DNA from: Macrostomum lignano
Taxonomy: Eukaryota
NCBI GenBank assembly: GCA_002269645.1
Contig: NIVC01001245.1
Coordinates: 72,530 to 136,529, forward strand
Direction of reading: 5' to 3'
Length of the DNA: 64,000 bases
Numbering within the stretch: position 1 is the stretch's first letter; each line of letters starts with the position of its first letter. This document shows positions 62,136 to 64,000 of the stretch, piece after piece. The notes under the pieces were generated by a model. It had not been told where the DNA came from and made no database searches. It saw only the letters and a program-made list of their open reading frames with translations. Position numbers and translations under genes: made by a program.

Positions 62136-62890
62136 CCACTGCCACAGAACTGCACTCGGCCATAGACAATAAAGCTAATCAAAGCCACTGCCACAGAACT
62201 GCACTCGGCCATAGACAATAAAGCCAATCAAAGCCACTGCCACAGAGCTGCACTCGGCCATAGACAATAAAGCCAATCAAAGCCACTGCCACAGAACTGC
62301 ACTCGGCCATAGACAATAAAGCCAATCAAAGCCACACTGCCACAGACCTGCACTCGGCCATAGACAATAAAGCTAATCAAAGCCACTGCCACAGAACTGC
62401 ACTCGGCCATAGACAATAAAGCCAATCAAAGCCACTGCCACAGAGCTGCACTCGGCCATAGACAATAAAGCCAATCAAAGCCACTGCCACAGAACTGCAC
62501 TCGGCCATAGACAATAGAGCCAATCAAAGCCACTGCCACAGAACTGCACTCGGCCATAGACAATAAAGCCAATCAAAGCCACTGCCACAGAGCTGCACTT
62601 GGCCATAGACAATAAAGCCAATCAAAGCCACTGCCACAGAACTGCACTCGGCCATAGACAATAAAGCCAATCAAAGCCACTGCCACAGAACTGCACTCGG
62701 CCATAGACAATAAAGCCAATCAAAGCCACTGCCACAGAGCTGCACTCGGCCATAGACAATAAAGCCAATCAAAGCCACTGCCACAGAACTGCACTCGGCC
62801 ATAGACAATAAAGCCAATCAAAGCCACACTGCACAGAACTGCACTCGGCCATAGATAATAAAGCCAATCAAAGCCCGGCCACAGAACTGC
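62136..62890. repeat. 49-bp minisatellite, about 15 units
   Basis: GCCACTGCCACAGAACTGCACTCGGCCATAGACAATAAAGCCAATCAAA tandem units. Confidence 0.96.
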
Positions 62891-63384
62891 ATGATTTCTT
62901 TGCTTGAATGATTTTTAATGAAGCCATTCAACTGACTGGCTTTTTATCAACTTGACTTATAAAAGCAATTATATATAGAAAAACTTCAAGCTCGACTTCT
63001 AATAAAATAACAGGACAATGGACAATGGACTAATCAACTAGTCATTGATCCAAAGAAACTACGTCTGGAATCAACTAAAATGCTCCGTGGATCAACTCAA
63101 CAATAAAAAAACACTTTTTAACTTTTTTCGGATTCATCGAAATCAATTAAAAAAGCCAGGCTGACACATTCTGAGCAGCAGCATCATACTCACCGATGCG
63201 GCGACGCCTTGAAAGTTGCGCCCAGCGCCGGCGCTAACTTGAATTTCTACTTGGACAGCGTCGGACAAATTCAACTGCCGATTGGTGGCGTGACAAGTTG
63301 CAAAGATACTCTGCAAATTTCGTCAATTTTTAAATATCCGTAAGTTAACCGTTGAAATAGCACATGATCCATCTTGTAGAAGCT

Positions 63385-64000
63385 TTGGCGCTCCCTTGCA
63401 GGAGCTTCGGCGCCCCCCTTGCAGTAGTTTTGGCGCCTCCTTGCAGTAGCTTTGGCGCCCCTTGTAGTAGCTTTGGCGCCCCCTTGCAGTAACCTTGGCG
63501 CCCCTTGTAGTAGCTTTGGCGCCCCCTTGCAGTAACCTTGGCGCCCCTTGTAGTAGCTTTGGCGCCCCTTGCAGTAACCTTGGCGCCCCTTGTAGTAGCT
63601 TTGGCGCCCCCTTGCAGTAACCTTGGCGCCCCCTTGTAGTAGCTTTGGCGCCCCCTTGGCAGTAGCTTTGCCGCCCCCTTGCAGTAACCTTGGCGCCCCC
63701 TTGCAGTAGCTTTGGCGCCCCCTTGCAGTAACCTTGGCGCCCCCTTGCAGTAGCTTTGGCGCCCCCTTGCAGTAACCTTGGCGCCCCTTGCAGTAGCTTT
63801 GGCGCCCCCTTGTAGTAGCTTTGGCGCCCCCTTGCAGTAGCTTTGGCGCCCCCTTGTAGTAGCTTTGGCGCCCCCTTGGCAGTAGCTTTGGCGCCCCCTT
63901 GGCAGTAGCTTTGGCGCCCCATTTCAGTAGCTTGGCGCCCTTTGGCAGTAGCTTTGGCGCCCCTTTGGCAGTAGCTTTGGCGCCCCATTGCAGTAGCTTT
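63385..64000. repeat. About 22-23-bp GC-rich minisatellite (TTG(C)AGTAGCTTTGGCGCCCCC), runs off the window
   Basis: Tandem units each containing the GGCGCC palindrome. Confidence 0.95.

Noticed and set aside
63323-63988. 221-aa Gly/Ala/Lys repeat ORF
   Set aside because: Minisatellite with variable unit length; frames shift between units.

Overview
AT-rich, intron-containing animal genomic DNA. The short GT-AG introns, the TE types and the intronless receptor suggest an invertebrate, possibly a free-living flatworm such as Macrostomum, but that is inference only. Gene models reconstructed by hand from splice sites: two paralogous tail-anchored coiled-coil genes; a secreted PAN/apple + C-type lectin; three related coiled-coil genes, one built from a five-fold duplicated symmetric exon; a low-complexity TP-repeat protein; a partial DUF4806/BEN-like gene; a MARCH-type RING-CH E3 ligase; an intronless non-alpha Cys-loop channel subunit; a five-exon coiled-coil gene; and a five-exon ARM-TIR-SAM gene whose TIR keeps the putative catalytic Glu. 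Mobile DNA: an intact single-ORF APE-RT (RTE-like) LINE plus three decayed relatives, two solo LTRs of one family with 4-bp TSDs, a Gypsy gag-protease relic, a Crypton-like tyrosine-recombinase relic, Tc1/mariner derivatives, several MITEs, two tRNA-derived SINE families, and many micro- and minisatellites. The most striking observation is the intact LINE. It sits inside a host intron and carries, apparently within its target-site duplication, 26 tandem copies of a 17-mer that reads as a 3' splice acceptor (TTAATTTATTTGCAG|TC) directly upstream of its ATG. This suggests a LINE expressed by capturing splicing or trans-splicing rather than from its own promoter; this is a hypothesis.
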